Positions 18,569-27,443 of a DNA stretch of 43,503 nt are shown piece after piece. Origin of the DNA: Candidatus Nanopelagicales bacterium (GTDB lineage: Bacteria > Actinomycetota > Actinomycetes > S36-B12); assembly GCA_044345075.1 (NCBI GenBank), contig JBIJBU010000003.1:1-43503 (forward strand), in the 5' to 3' direction. Position numbers and translations under genes: made by a program. Position 1 is the first letter of the stretch. Each line of letters starts with the position of its first letter. Under the pieces are notes generated by a model. It saw nothing but the letters and a program-made list of their open reading frames with translations. It was not told where the DNA came from and did not search any database.

Positions 18569-19069
18569 ATGAGCACCGAAGAGACCACTGAGGGCCTGAC
18601 CGGCGCAGCCCTGCTTGATCGTGAAGGCGATGTAGCGGCTGATTACCTCGAGGCACTGTTGGATATAACTGACCTTGATGGCGATATCGATATCGACGTC
18701 GAAGGTAACCGCGCCATGGTGTCGGTTGTTGAGGCGAATTCGGGTGATTTGCGTCATTTGGTAGGAAATGATGGAGAAGTGCTGGATGCACTCCAGGAGC
18801 TCACCCGCCTTGCCGCCGCCCGCGAGACCGGCGAGCGCTCACGTCTGATGCTCGATATCGCCGGCCACCGTGCCGCTCGACGCACCGCGCTCGAGGGGAT
18901 TGCGAAGGAGGCCATTGCTGAGGCTCAGCGCACGTCGGCCCCGGTTTCGCTTGATCCCATGACCCCGTTCGAGCGCAAGGTTGTGCACGACACCGTTGCC
19001 GCCGCCGGCCTGGTCAGTGAATCTGCCGGCGAGGAGCCCGCTCGCCGGGTCGTCATCCGCGTCAGCTAG
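18569..19069 (+). CDS. Jag/KhpB-like KH-R3H RNA-binding protein
   Basis: ATG 18569 after GGAG; EGDVAADYLEALLDI, LVGNDGEVLDALQELTR, R3H motif ERKVVH. Confidence 0.93.
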   Translation: MSTEETTEGLTGAALLDREGDVAADYLEALLDITDLDGDIDIDVEGNRAMVSVVEANSGDLRHLVGNDGEVLDALQELTRLAAARETGERSRLMLDIAGHRAARRTALEGIAKEAIAEAQRTSAPVSLDPMTPFERKVVHDTVAAAGLVSESAGEEPARRVVIRVS

Positions 19070-19076
19070 ATCGCGA

Positions 19077-19092
19077 CGTTTCACGTGAAACA
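19077..19092. promoter_or_regulatory. parS: parS site 1
   Basis: CGTTTCACGTGAAACA containing the perfect palindrome GTTTCACGTGAAAC. Confidence 0.95.
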
Positions 19093-19735
19093 TTCGCCAG
19101 CCCTCCCCGACTGGCTTCTTTCCACTGAGCCTGAACTGTCGGCTTATGTCGATCTCCTCAGCACGACCGGTGTGGAGCATGGCCTCATCGGTCCGCGCGA
19201 AGTCCCCCGCCTGTGGGAACGCCATGTTCTCAATTGCGCCGTCGTGGCTGACCCAGCGCTTGGGTTGGTGCCGATCGACGCTCGGGTCGCCGACGTGGGA
19301 TCGGGCGCCGGTCTGCCCGGGCTCGTCTGGGGCATTGCCCGACCCGATATCCGCGTCGTGTTGATCGAACCTCTGCTGCGCCGGGCCACCTTCCTCACCC
19401 AAGCTGTTGACGACCTGGGCCTTTCCGGTCGGGTCACTGTGCTGCGCGGTCGTGCTGAAGACACAGCCTCCTCCCCCGACTGGGTACCCGTCGATGTCGT
19501 CACTGCTCGGGCCGTTGCCCCATTGGAGAAGCTGCTGGGCTGGACGGTCCCGCTCTTGGTGAAGGGCGGACGACTAGCCCTGCTCAAGGGAAGCAGCGCT
19601 GGCGAGGAGATCACGGCTGCAGCACCAGCAGCGATATCCATGGGTGTGCGCGACCTGGGGATAACGACCTGTGGCTCCCCCTGGGTTGAACCGGAGACCA
19701 CTGTGGTGACGGGTACCCGAGGTACGGCACAATGA
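19085..19735 (+). CDS. rsmG: 16S rRNA m7G527 methyltransferase RsmG (GidB)
   Basis: HGLIGPREVPRLWERHVLN, DVGSGAGLPG, TARAVAPL; the GTG start lies inside parS 1. Confidence 0.96.
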   Translation: MKHSPALPDWLLSTEPELSAYVDLLSTTGVEHGLIGPREVPRLWERHVLNCAVVADPALGLVPIDARVADVGSGAGLPGLVWGIARPDIRVVLIEPLLRRATFLTQAVDDLGLSGRVTVLRGRAEDTASSPDWVPVDVVTARAVAPLEKLLGWTVPLLVKGGRLALLKGSSAGEEITAAAPAAISMGVRDLGITTCGSPWVEPETTVVTGTRGTAQ

Positions 19736-19860
19736 GCGGCGTGACAACGACCCCAGAACCCGCCGGCCTCGGCTGGCCGGAGACCTATCTGGAGCAGCAA
19801 GATCCAGCCGTTTCACGTGAAACATCTGGTGAACCCGCCGGCCTGGGATGGCCCGAATGA
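19732..19860 (+). CDS. Unannotated 42-aa micro-protein with two EPAGLGWPE repeats flanking parS-encoded VSRET
   Basis: MSGVTTTPEPAGLGWPETYLEQQDPAVSRETSGEPAGLGWPE; ATGA overlaps with both the rsmG stop and the parA start; the repeat copies differ only synonymously. Alternative start GTG 19741. Confidence 0.65.
   Translation: MSGVTTTPEPAGLGWPETYLEQQDPAVSRETSGEPAGLGWPE
19809..19824. promoter_or_regulatory. parS: parS site 2
   Basis: CGTTTCACGTGAAACA, identical to site 1. Confidence 0.95.
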
Positions 19861-20666
19861 CCCGCATCGTCACCGTTGCCAACCAAAAGGGTGGTGTCGG
19901 CAAGACCACGACCACGGTCAATATTGCCGCTGCGCTGGCCCAAAGTGGCGCCAAGGTCCTGGTCATTGACCTTGATCCACAGGGCAACGCATCCACGGCC
20001 CTCGGGGTCGATCACCATGAAGGCGTGCCCAGCATCTATGAGGTGCTCTCGGGGGAGCGCACCATAGCTGAGGTTGTTCAGCTCTGCCCGGATATCCCCA
20101 ACCTCATGACCGCACCGGCCACGATTGACCTGGCCGGCGCTGAGATCGAGCTGGTCTCCCAGGTGGCTCGCGAATACCGACTCAGTCGGGCTGTAGAGGC
20201 CTATCTCGAGCACGTTGTGCGCACGACGGGGGAGCCGCTCGACTATGTCTTCCTCGACTGCCCGCCGTCACTGGGCCTGCTCACCCTGAACGGCCTGGTC
20301 GCTGCCCGTGAGGTGCTGCTGCCGATTCAGTGCGAGTACTACGCCCTCGAAGGCCTCTCACAACTCCTGCGCACGGTCGAAATGGTGACCACCCACCTGA
20401 ACCCGAAGCTCCAGGTGAGCGCGATCTTGTTGACCATGTATGACGGACGCACCCGCCTGGCCTCCCAGGTAGCCGACGAAGTGCGCACCCATTTCGGCAC
20501 GAAGGTGCTCGAGACAGTGATTCCCCGCAATGTGCGGATCTCCGAGGCACCCTCGTATGCCCAGTCGGTCCTCACCTACGACCCCTCATCTCCGGGGGCC
20601 TTGACGTATCAGGAGGCAGCAGCGCAATTTGCCGCCATTGATCCACAGAACAATCCACAGACATAA
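19857..20666 (+). CDS. parA: Chromosome partitioning ATPase ParA/Soj
   Basis: ANQKGGVGKTTT, IDLDPQGNAS, DCPPSLG, PIQCEYYALEG, IPRNVRISEAPS. Confidence 0.97.
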   Translation: MTRIVTVANQKGGVGKTTTTVNIAAALAQSGAKVLVIDLDPQGNASTALGVDHHEGVPSIYEVLSGERTIAEVVQLCPDIPNLMTAPATIDLAGAEIELVSQVAREYRLSRAVEAYLEHVVRTTGEPLDYVFLDCPPSLGLLTLNGLVAAREVLLPIQCEYYALEGLSQLLRTVEMVTTHLNPKLQVSAILLTMYDGRTRLASQVADEVRTHFGTKVLETVIPRNVRISEAPSYAQSVLTYDPSSPGALTYQEAAAQFAAIDPQNNPQT

Positions 20667-20722
20667 CAGTGTAAATACGGACAATAACCCCATAATTGTC
20701 CCCAGCTTCGGAGGTTATCCCC

Positions 20723-21658
20723 ATGGCACCAGCACCTGCCAAGCGCGGATTGGGTAAGGGTCTCGGCGCCCTCATTCCCTCCACCCCCGAAGCCCAAGCC
20801 GCACAGGCCACAGATACCTTCGTACCCGCTGCGGTCCCTGGCGCCGTCTACGCCGAGCTTCCGATTGGCTCCATCGAGCCAAACCCCCGCCAGCCCCGCA
20901 GCGTTTTCGATCCCGACGCCCTGGCTGAACTCGTGCACTCGATCCGCGAGATCGGGCTCCTGCAGCCGGTCGTCGTACGCGAAGTCGGCAATCACTACGA
21001 ACTCATTGCGGGCGAACGACGACTGCGCGCATCCAAGGAAGCCGGCCTGACTCACATCCCGGCGATCATTCGTGCCACTGATGATGACGACCTTCTTCGC
21101 GATGCACTTCTTGAGAATCTGCACCGTTCGAATCTGAACGCACTCGAAGAAGCAGCCGCATACTCGCAGTTGCTGGCCGACTTCGGGTGCACGCAAGAAG
21201 AGCTTGCGCAGCGCATCGGACGATCACGGCCGCAGGTGACCAACACCCTTCGACTCTTGAAACTTCCGCCTGATGTTCAGCGTCGCGTTGCAGCGGGTGT
21301 ACTCAGTGCAGGGCACGCACGTGCACTGCTTTCCCTTGACGATCCTGATGCAATGAATGCACTCGCTCAGCGCATCGTCAATGAAGGATTGAGTGTTCGC
21401 AATGTCGAGGAGATCATTCTTCTCGGGCAGGGAAAGTCGAAAAAGAAGAGCAATAGCAACAAGAAATCGCGCTCTGACTCACTTCAGGATCTTGTCGAGG
21501 AAGTCCAGGAAAGAATGGGAGATGCACTCGACACACGCGTCACCATCTCTGGCTTGCCTCGCTCAAACTCACGCGGCACGATCGTCATCGAAGCGGCAGA
21601 TGCTGAAGATCTTCGCCGTATCGCCGACGCCATCGCTGGGCCTGCACCACGTCTGTGA
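20723..21658 (+). CDS. parB: Chromosome partitioning protein ParB/Spo0J
   Basis: ATG 20723 after GGAGG; KRGLGKGLGALIP, PNPRQPR, GERRLRA (CTPase), ENLHR, HTH, SAGHARALL. Confidence 0.97.
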   Translation: MAPAPAKRGLGKGLGALIPSTPEAQAAQATDTFVPAAVPGAVYAELPIGSIEPNPRQPRSVFDPDALAELVHSIREIGLLQPVVVREVGNHYELIAGERRLRASKEAGLTHIPAIIRATDDDDLLRDALLENLHRSNLNALEEAAAYSQLLADFGCTQEELAQRIGRSRPQVTNTLRLLKLPPDVQRRVAAGVLSAGHARALLSLDDPDAMNALAQRIVNEGLSVRNVEEIILLGQGKSKKKSNSNKKSRSDSLQDLVEEVQERMGDALDTRVTISGLPRSNSRGTIVIEAADAEDLRRIADAIAGPAPRL

Positions 21659-21667
21659 CGCCAGTGG

Positions 21668-22621
21668 TTAAGAGTTTCTGGCGATAGCGTTTAACACGAG
21701 ATCGCGAGCAAGTTCGCCGAGCCCGACACCCGCTTCTGACAGTGCCTGCGGGAACAACGAGGTCTCCGTCATTCCGGGCGCCACATTCAACTCGAGGAAC
21801 CACGGCGTGCCGGATGCATCGACGATGAGGTCAGTGCGCGACAAGTCGCGAAGGCCCAGGCCCGAATGCGCTTCAAGTGCCACGGCCGCGACAGCCTCGG
21901 CGATATCGGATTCCAGGCGCGCAGGGACAAAGAACTCCGTGGTGCCGGCGGTGTACCGCGCGTTGTAGTCATAGATGCCTGCTGGGGGAACGATTTCCAC
22001 GGGCGGCAAGGCGATCGGGCCATCAGGGGAGTCGTAGACGCATATGGAGACCTCCGTGCCTTCAACGAAGTGCTCCATCAGAGCCACCTCGCCGTAGGCG
22101 AAGGCACCCACCATGGCCGAGGGGAACTCTGCGGCGGTCCGAACAACCGAGGCACCGAGGGCCGAACCACCCTTGGTGGGCTTGACGATCAAGGGCAGAC
22201 CGATGCGCGAGATCACTGCATTGAGCACGGGCTGGGCGCCCAGCTCACGGAAGGTCGAGTGGGGGAGGGCGACCGAGACGGGGGTGTTGATTCCGAGCCC
22301 CGCGAGCAGGCTCTTGGCGATCGGCTTATCGAAGGCCAAGCGGCATGCATCTCCCATGGAACCCACGAACGGGATGCCCAGGGATTCCAGAACATCGCGC
22401 AGGGAGCCATCTTCACCAGCTGCGCCGTGCAGCAGCGGGATCACGCAGGCGGGTGGGTCAGCCCTGAACCCATCGAGTAGCGCCGAGTCGACGTCGGCTT
22501 CGGAGACCTCCAACTCCGGCGCGGCAACGCGAAGGGCCTCGGCTACGCGACGACCCGAGCGCAGTGAGACATCTCGCTCGGCAGACAGACCTCCGGCAAG
22601 TACGACAACGCGAGTGTTCAC
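21668..22621 (-). CDS. D-alanine--D-alanine ligase family ATP-grasp enzyme
   Basis: GGLSAERDVSLRSG, LHGAAGEDG, VKP, YDYNARY, RTD, ELNVAPGMT. Confidence 0.9.
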   Translation of the reverse strand: MNTRVVVLAGGLSAERDVSLRSGRRVAEALRVAAPELEVSEADVDSALLDGFRADPPACVIPLLHGAAGEDGSLRDVLESLGIPFVGSMGDACRLAFDKPIAKSLLAGLGINTPVSVALPHSTFRELGAQPVLNAVISRIGLPLIVKPTKGGSALGASVVRTAAEFPSAMVGAFAYGEVALMEHFVEGTEVSICVYDSPDGPIALPPVEIVPPAGIYDYNARYTAGTTEFFVPARLESDIAEAVAAVALEAHSGLGLRDLSRTDLIVDASGTPWFLELNVAPGMTETSLFPQALSEAGVGLGELARDLVLNAIARNS

Positions 22622-22639
22622 GTGTTTCCTTTCGAGAGA

Positions 22640-23932
22640 TCAGAGGATGTTGGGAGCGGGGTTGACCGAGCCCTCGGAGTCCAGCAGGACGGCACCGGTG
22701 CCGAAAGTCTGGGCGATCTCGAGCTCAGACTCGATCACGCCTGCGAGGCGACGCACGCCCTCGCGAATGCGATCAGGATCGGGGTAGCAGTACGACAGGC
22801 GAAGGTTTTGGCGACCCTGGCCGTCGACATAGAAACCGGTACCCGGCACGTAGGCGACGAGTGCGGCAACGGCGCGTGGCAGCATGGCCTTGGCGTCAAG
22901 ACCCTCAGGCAAGGTGATCCACGAGTAGAAGCCACCGGCTGGCACTGTCCAGGTGATGTCAGACGGGAACAGCGAGGTCATTGAGTCGAGGAGTGCGTCG
23001 CGCCGCTCACGGTAGAGGTCGCGGAAGGTACTGATCTGATCACGCCACGGCTGGGTCGCGAGGTACTCGGACACTGTGAGTTGTGCATAGTTCGACGGGC
23101 AGAGAACAGCAGATTCCGCTGCTAGTACTAGCTTTTCGCGCACTCCGTGCGGAGCGACGGCCCAGCCGACGCGCAGACCCGAGGCGATTGTCTTCGAGAA
23201 CGAGCCGAGATAAATGACGCCTTCGGCATCATCAGCGCGAATTGCGCGCGGCGGCTCGCCATCGAATCCGAGAAGCCCGTACGGATCATCCTCAAGCAGC
23301 AGGATTCCCTCGCGCTGCGCGATGCGCAAGATCTCTGCACGCCGCTGCGGGCCTTGAGTGACTCCGGCCGGGTTGTGGAAGGAGGGGATCGTGTAGATCA
23401 TCTTGATGCGTCGCCCGGATGCACGCACATCGCGAATTGCTTCCTCGAGAGCTGCAGGTGACAGCCCTTCATCGTCCATCGCTACATGCACGACGCCACA
23501 TTCGTAGGCGCGGAAAACACCGAGTGCACCGACATACGAGGGTGCTTCGACGAGCACGACATCCCCCGGATCACAGAAGACGCGAGTGACGAGATCAAGT
23601 GCCATCTGCGAACCGGTCGTGACGATGATGTCGTCAGGGTGCGCGGTGACCTTGACCTCTTCCATCACCTCGAGGATCTGCTCGCGCAAGGTGACATCGC
23701 CTTGGCCGGAGCCGTACTGAAGTGCCGTGGCACCGCGTTCGCGGATCAGCTTCGCGACCGTGTCGGCCATGACATCCATCGAGAGGGCCTGGACGAAGGG
23801 CATACCGCCGGCCAGGGATACCACCTCGGGGCGAGACGCCACCGCGAAGAGCGCCCGGATCTCCGAGGCCGTCATGCCTTGGGTGCGCTCCGCGTAGGAA
23901 TCAACCCACGGATCTAGACGACTGCCGCTCAT
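22640..23932 (-). CDS. PLP-dependent class I/II aminotransferase (LysN/MocR-like, no HTH)
   Basis: VVSLAGGMP, FHNPAG, EDDPYG, SFSKTIASGLRVGW. Confidence 0.93.
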   Translation of the reverse strand: MSGSRLDPWVDSYAERTQGMTASEIRALFAVASRPEVVSLAGGMPFVQALSMDVMADTVAKLIRERGATALQYGSGQGDVTLREQILEVMEEVKVTAHPDDIIVTTGSQMALDLVTRVFCDPGDVVLVEAPSYVGALGVFRAYECGVVHVAMDDEGLSPAALEEAIRDVRASGRRIKMIYTIPSFHNPAGVTQGPQRRAEILRIAQREGILLLEDDPYGLLGFDGEPPRAIRADDAEGVIYLGSFSKTIASGLRVGWAVAPHGVREKLVLAAESAVLCPSNYAQLTVSEYLATQPWRDQISTFRDLYRERRDALLDSMTSLFPSDITWTVPAGGFYSWITLPEGLDAKAMLPRAVAALVAYVPGTGFYVDGQGRQNLRLSYCYPDPDRIREGVRRLAGVIESELEIAQTFGTGAVLLDSEGSVNPAPNIL

Positions 23933-23999
23933 AGCGGACAACGATAGATGCTCACCGGAATGACTGGTAACTGGGCGCTGAGCGAGGGAGGATGGTCAC

Positions 24000-24125
24000 A
24001 TGCGAAAGGTCATCTTCTGGGGAGTCGTGCTGCTCGGCCTTGGCGTGGTTGCCGGCTTCGTCGGTCGACTCGTGTGGCCCAATGATGAATCGAGCTGGAA
24101 TGAGCTCGAGGGCTCCGCTGAGTAA
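24000..24125 (+). CDS. Unannotated 41-aa single-pass membrane protein
   Basis: GAGGGAGGA RBS, then MRKVIFWGVVLLGLGVVAGFVGRLVWPNDESSWNELEGSAE; its stop abuts the convergent cwlM stop. Confidence 0.7.
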   Translation: MRKVIFWGVVLLGLGVVAGFVGRLVWPNDESSWNELEGSAE

Positions 24126-25166
24126 TCAGCCAGGAGCGCAGAAGGCGGTTAACGCCCTTGCGATGCCCTCTGAGGCGGCGTCGATGAATGAAGCATCAGC
24201 ATGTTGGGCTGCATCTCCCGGATTCGTGGCGTAACCGAGATCAATGCGCACGGCAGGCATGCGAGTCATGCGCAAGAGATCCCAGGTGCGCGGATGCGAT
24301 CGACAATCGAGCAAGGTGGTCTGCGCGACCAGTTCCTCCTGGATGCGCTCAGCCAGGGCACGACCGCCGGTGGAATGCACGCCACCATGTGGATCACCGA
24401 AGTAGAAGGTTGCGAGTCCATTCGGACGATCACTGGGCGCGCTGTCGACATGAATGGCGATCACGAGATCGGCCTGGACTCGGTTGGCGAAGTCCGCGCG
24501 ATCATGTTCATTCTTCAGTGCTGACGCCACCGTTCCGTGAGTCAGCAAAACCTGGGTTCCGAGTGCAGCAAGCCTTCCTTCCACGCGCACTGCAACGGCA
24601 TGGCACAGCGCCCCTGACGGCTCAGTGCCCGGATCGATGACAATCACCTTGTCGGCAATACCGCTGCGCAGATCACTGAGGGAAACGTGCTCGCGCAGCG
24701 TTGCAGAGTTACCGCCACTTACAGCACGCACCAGCCGCTCGAACGCACGGAAGGTGTCCGGCCCGCAGATGCCATCGGGATTCACGCCGCAACCGCGCTG
24801 GAACTCGCGCAATGCTGAGTCGGTGTTCCGCCCGAACATGCCATCAGCACGACCGGAGTCGAAGCCGAGTTGATTCAAGCGTCGCTGTAATTCGGCAACA
24901 TCATCGCCACGCATCAAGGTGCCCGGTACGAATTGCAGTACCCGATCACCAAGCTGCCAGCGCGCCTCGTCGAGGCGGCGGATGGTGTCGGGTCCGACAA
25001 TGCCGTCAGCGCTCAGCCCACGCTCTTGCTGAAATGTGCGAACTGCGACATCGCAGTCGTCATCGAACACATCACTGTGATCGGTGTCGCTAAGGAGTCC
25101 TAGGTGCGCAAGCCGTGCGCGCACCTCCGCGACGGCCGCCCCGGTAGACCCAAGGCGGAGAAGCAC
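24126..25166 (-). CDS. cwlM: CwlM-like protein: two peptidoglycan-binding domains plus a degenerate Amidase_3 domain
   Basis: AVRTFQQERGL.ADGIVGPDT, GDDVAELQRRL, RTWDLLRMTRMPAVRIDLGY; follows trxA as Rv3915 does. Confidence 0.88.
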   Translation of the reverse strand: MLLRLGSTGAAVAEVRARLAHLGLLSDTDHSDVFDDDCDVAVRTFQQERGLSADGIVGPDTIRRLDEARWQLGDRVLQFVPGTLMRGDDVAELQRRLNQLGFDSGRADGMFGRNTDSALREFQRGCGVNPDGICGPDTFRAFERLVRAVSGGNSATLREHVSLSDLRSGIADKVIVIDPGTEPSGALCHAVAVRVEGRLAALGTQVLLTHGTVASALKNEHDRADFANRVQADLVIAIHVDSAPSDRPNGLATFYFGDPHGGVHSTGGRALAERIQEELVAQTTLLDCRSHPRTWDLLRMTRMPAVRIDLGYATNPGDAAQHADASFIDAASEGIARALTAFCAPG

Positions 25167-25486
25167 TACAGGTACGGAGCGAGATCCGCGAGGAGTGCAG
25201 CCTTCGGCTTGGCGCCGATGATCGACTTCACGATCTGACCGCCCTGGAAGATGTGCAGGGTTGGGATGCTCGTGATGCCGTAAGAGGCCGGGGTTGCCGG
25301 GTTCTCGTCGACATTCATCTTCGCGATGGTGATGCCGTCATTCTCGGCAGCGATCTCGTCGAGGATCGGGGCGACCATCTTGCACGGACCGCACCACTCG
25401 GCCCAGAAATCGACGACAACCGGCTTCGTGCTCATCAGGACGTCATCGGCGAAGCTCGCGTCGGTGACCTTCTTGGTTGCTCCCAT
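25166..25486 (-). CDS. trxA: Thioredoxin
   Basis: FWAEWCGPCK; ATG 25486 after AAGGAG. Confidence 0.98.
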   Translation of the reverse strand: MGATKKVTDASFADDVLMSTKPVVVDFWAEWCGPCKMVAPILDEIAAENDGITIAKMNVDENPATPASYGITSIPTLHIFQGGQIVKSIIGAKPKAALLADLAPYL

Positions 25487-25556
25487 GTCTTTCTCCTTCT
25501 GTGTGGTCTCGAGGGTACGGGTCAAACGAGGGAAAAGCTCAATTCAGCAGCGTGCG

Positions 25557-26489
25557 CTACTCGGTTGCGGCGAGGAAGCGCTCAGCGTCGAGGGCAGCGG
25601 CGCAGCCGGAGCCCGCGGCAGTGATCGCCTGGCGGTAGGAGTGGTCAATGAGGTCGCCGCATGCGAAGACGCCCTCGAGGTTGGTCAAGGAGGTGCGCTC
25701 CTTGACCAGCACGTAGCCCTCAGCGTCGACATCGATCTGGCCCTTGACGAGCTCTGAGCGCGGGTCGTGGCCGATGGCGATGAACAGGCCCGTTGCGGGC
25801 AGCTCGCGCCGTTCGCCGGTCACGGTGTCCTCGAGCACGAGGGCCGAGACCTTCTGATCACCGAGAACATCAACGACCTGTGAGTTCCAGGCGAACTTCA
25901 TCTTCTCGTTAGCAAGTGCGCGCTCCTGCATGATCTTGCTGCCACGCAGCTCGCCGCGACGATGCACGAGAGTGACCGACTTTGCGAAACGAGTGAGGAA
26001 GGTGGCCTCCTCGAGTGCGGAGTCGCCGCCACCGACGACTGCGATGTCCTGGTCACGGAAGAAGAAGCCATCGCAGGTTGCGCACCATGAGACACCGCGT
26101 CCGGAAAGTCGCTTCTCGTTCTCGAGGCCGAGCTCGCGGTAGCCGGAGCCCATCGCGAGAATCACGGCACGTGCCTGGTGCGTGTTGCCGGAGCCATCGG
26201 TGACCGTCTTGATCGGACCGGCGAGATCAACGCTGACGATGTCGTCGGTGACGATCTCGGCGCCGAAGCGCACGGCCTGCGCACGCATGTTCTCCATGAG
26301 TGCCGGGCCCATGATGCCCTCGGTGAAACCGGGGAAGTTCTCAACCTCGGTGGTGTTCATGAGTGCACCGCCTGCGGTGACCGAGCCCTCGAACAGCAGC
26401 GGAGCCAGCTGGGCACGCGCGGCGTAGACGCCAGCCGTGTAACCGGCGGGGCCGGAGCCGATGATGATGACGTTGCGGATCTCGCTCAC
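25557..26489 (-). CDS. trxB: Thioredoxin reductase
   Basis: [40 protein letters not shown]. Confidence 0.98.
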   Translation of the reverse strand: MSEIRNVIIIGSGPAGYTAGVYAARAQLAPLLFEGSVTAGGALMNTTEVENFPGFTEGIMGPALMENMRAQAVRFGAEIVTDDIVSVDLAGPIKTVTDGSGNTHQARAVILAMGSGYRELGLENEKRLSGRGVSWCATCDGFFFRDQDIAVVGGGDSALEEATFLTRFAKSVTLVHRRGELRGSKIMQERALANEKMKFAWNSQVVDVLGDQKVSALVLEDTVTGERRELPATGLFIAIGHDPRSELVKGQIDVDAEGYVLVKERTSLTNLEGVFACGDLIDHSYRQAITAAGSGCAAALDAERFLAATE

Positions 26490-26546
26490 GGAATTCCTTA
26501 GTTCGCCTTCGGGCACGGATCAGTACTTCGAATCCGTAGTCGGTAA

Positions 26547-26572
26547 AACGATTCTAGGGCGTCGGCTATTCC
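26547..26572 (-). promoter_or_regulatory. SigR/SigH-type thiol-stress promoter for trxBA
   Basis: GGAAT-N18-GTT on the minus strand, matching the Streptomyces sigma-R consensus, upstream of a known sigma-R/SigH target operon. Confidence 0.75.
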
Positions 26573-26618
26573 GAGCCAACGACGAGGAGGACGCTCAGGA
26601 GTACGTGCCGAGAGCGAA

Positions 26619-27443
26619 CTACCAGTCGACAGCGACCGCGAACGGCTCGGAGCCCTCGGAGTTCATCACGGGCGTGCAGTCAGGATCCACGATCCAGACG
26701 GCGAGGTCACCCTTGGGAGTGGCCACCACGGCTGACGGTGTGTTCATCGAAGGCATCTGCTGATCCCAGGTCGAGATGACAATGAGCCCGGCCGGCTGCC
26801 CGGCGAAACTGCCCCGATCCACCACAAGCGCGCGTCCCTCGGGAGTGCCGGCGAGGGTCTGTACGCAGGTCTGCAGACTGCCCATATCGGACATGAAGTC
26901 ATTGCCGGCCAGGGGAGTGACGGGTTCTGCTGGCATCGCGTCGATATCAGTGGCCTTGGTGACCTTGAGGGTGTCGCGGAAAAGGGAGGTGATCTGCGAG
27001 CCGAGGGAAGTGGCGGAGTACTCAGTCCCACTGGCCAGCAGACGCGAGGTCGGCATCGGCGCACCGGACTTCACCACGGCGGAGTCTGAGATGGCCATCT
27101 CACTGCCGGCCAGTTCATTTCCGGCGACGGGCGCGGGAGCCTGAGAGGTATTCGAGACGAGCAGCCCGCCGACCACAACCGCGGCGGCAGCGGCAGCGAC
27201 GCCGGCAACCCAACGGCCGCGATGCGCGCTGGATGCTGCACGCGCGCGGCGCGAGCTCAGGGGAACCACGACTCTCTCAGCTTCGAGGGCGTTCTCCAGA
27301 CGGGTCCAGACCTCAGGGGGCATCGGCACGGAAGGAGTGTCAGCGAGCGATTCGGTGTTCTCGCGAAGGAGATTACTCACCCAGGCGTCATTTGCGTCGT
27401 CGCCGGAAGCATCGCTGGAGGCATCGTGCAGGTGCTCAGCCAT
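26619..27443 (-). CDS. Putative membrane-anchored anti-sigma factor for SigM
   Basis: Overlaps the sigM end; MPPEVWTRLENAL, VVPLSSRR, one TM segment (WVAGVAAAAAAVVVGGLLV), extracellular domain with two Cys. Confidence 0.75.
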   Translation of the reverse strand: MAEHLHDASSDASGDDANDAWVSNLLRENTESLADTPSVPMPPEVWTRLENALEAERVVVPLSSRRARAASSAHRGRWVAGVAAAAAAVVVGGLLVSNTSQAPAPVAGNELAGSEMAISDSAVVKSGAPMPTSRLLASGTEYSATSLGSQITSLFRDTLKVTKATDIDAMPAEPVTPLAGNDFMSDMGSLQTCVQTLAGTPEGRALVVDRGSFAGQPAGLIVISTWDQQMPSMNTPSAVVATPKGDLAVWIVDPDCTPVMNSEGSEPFAVAVDW

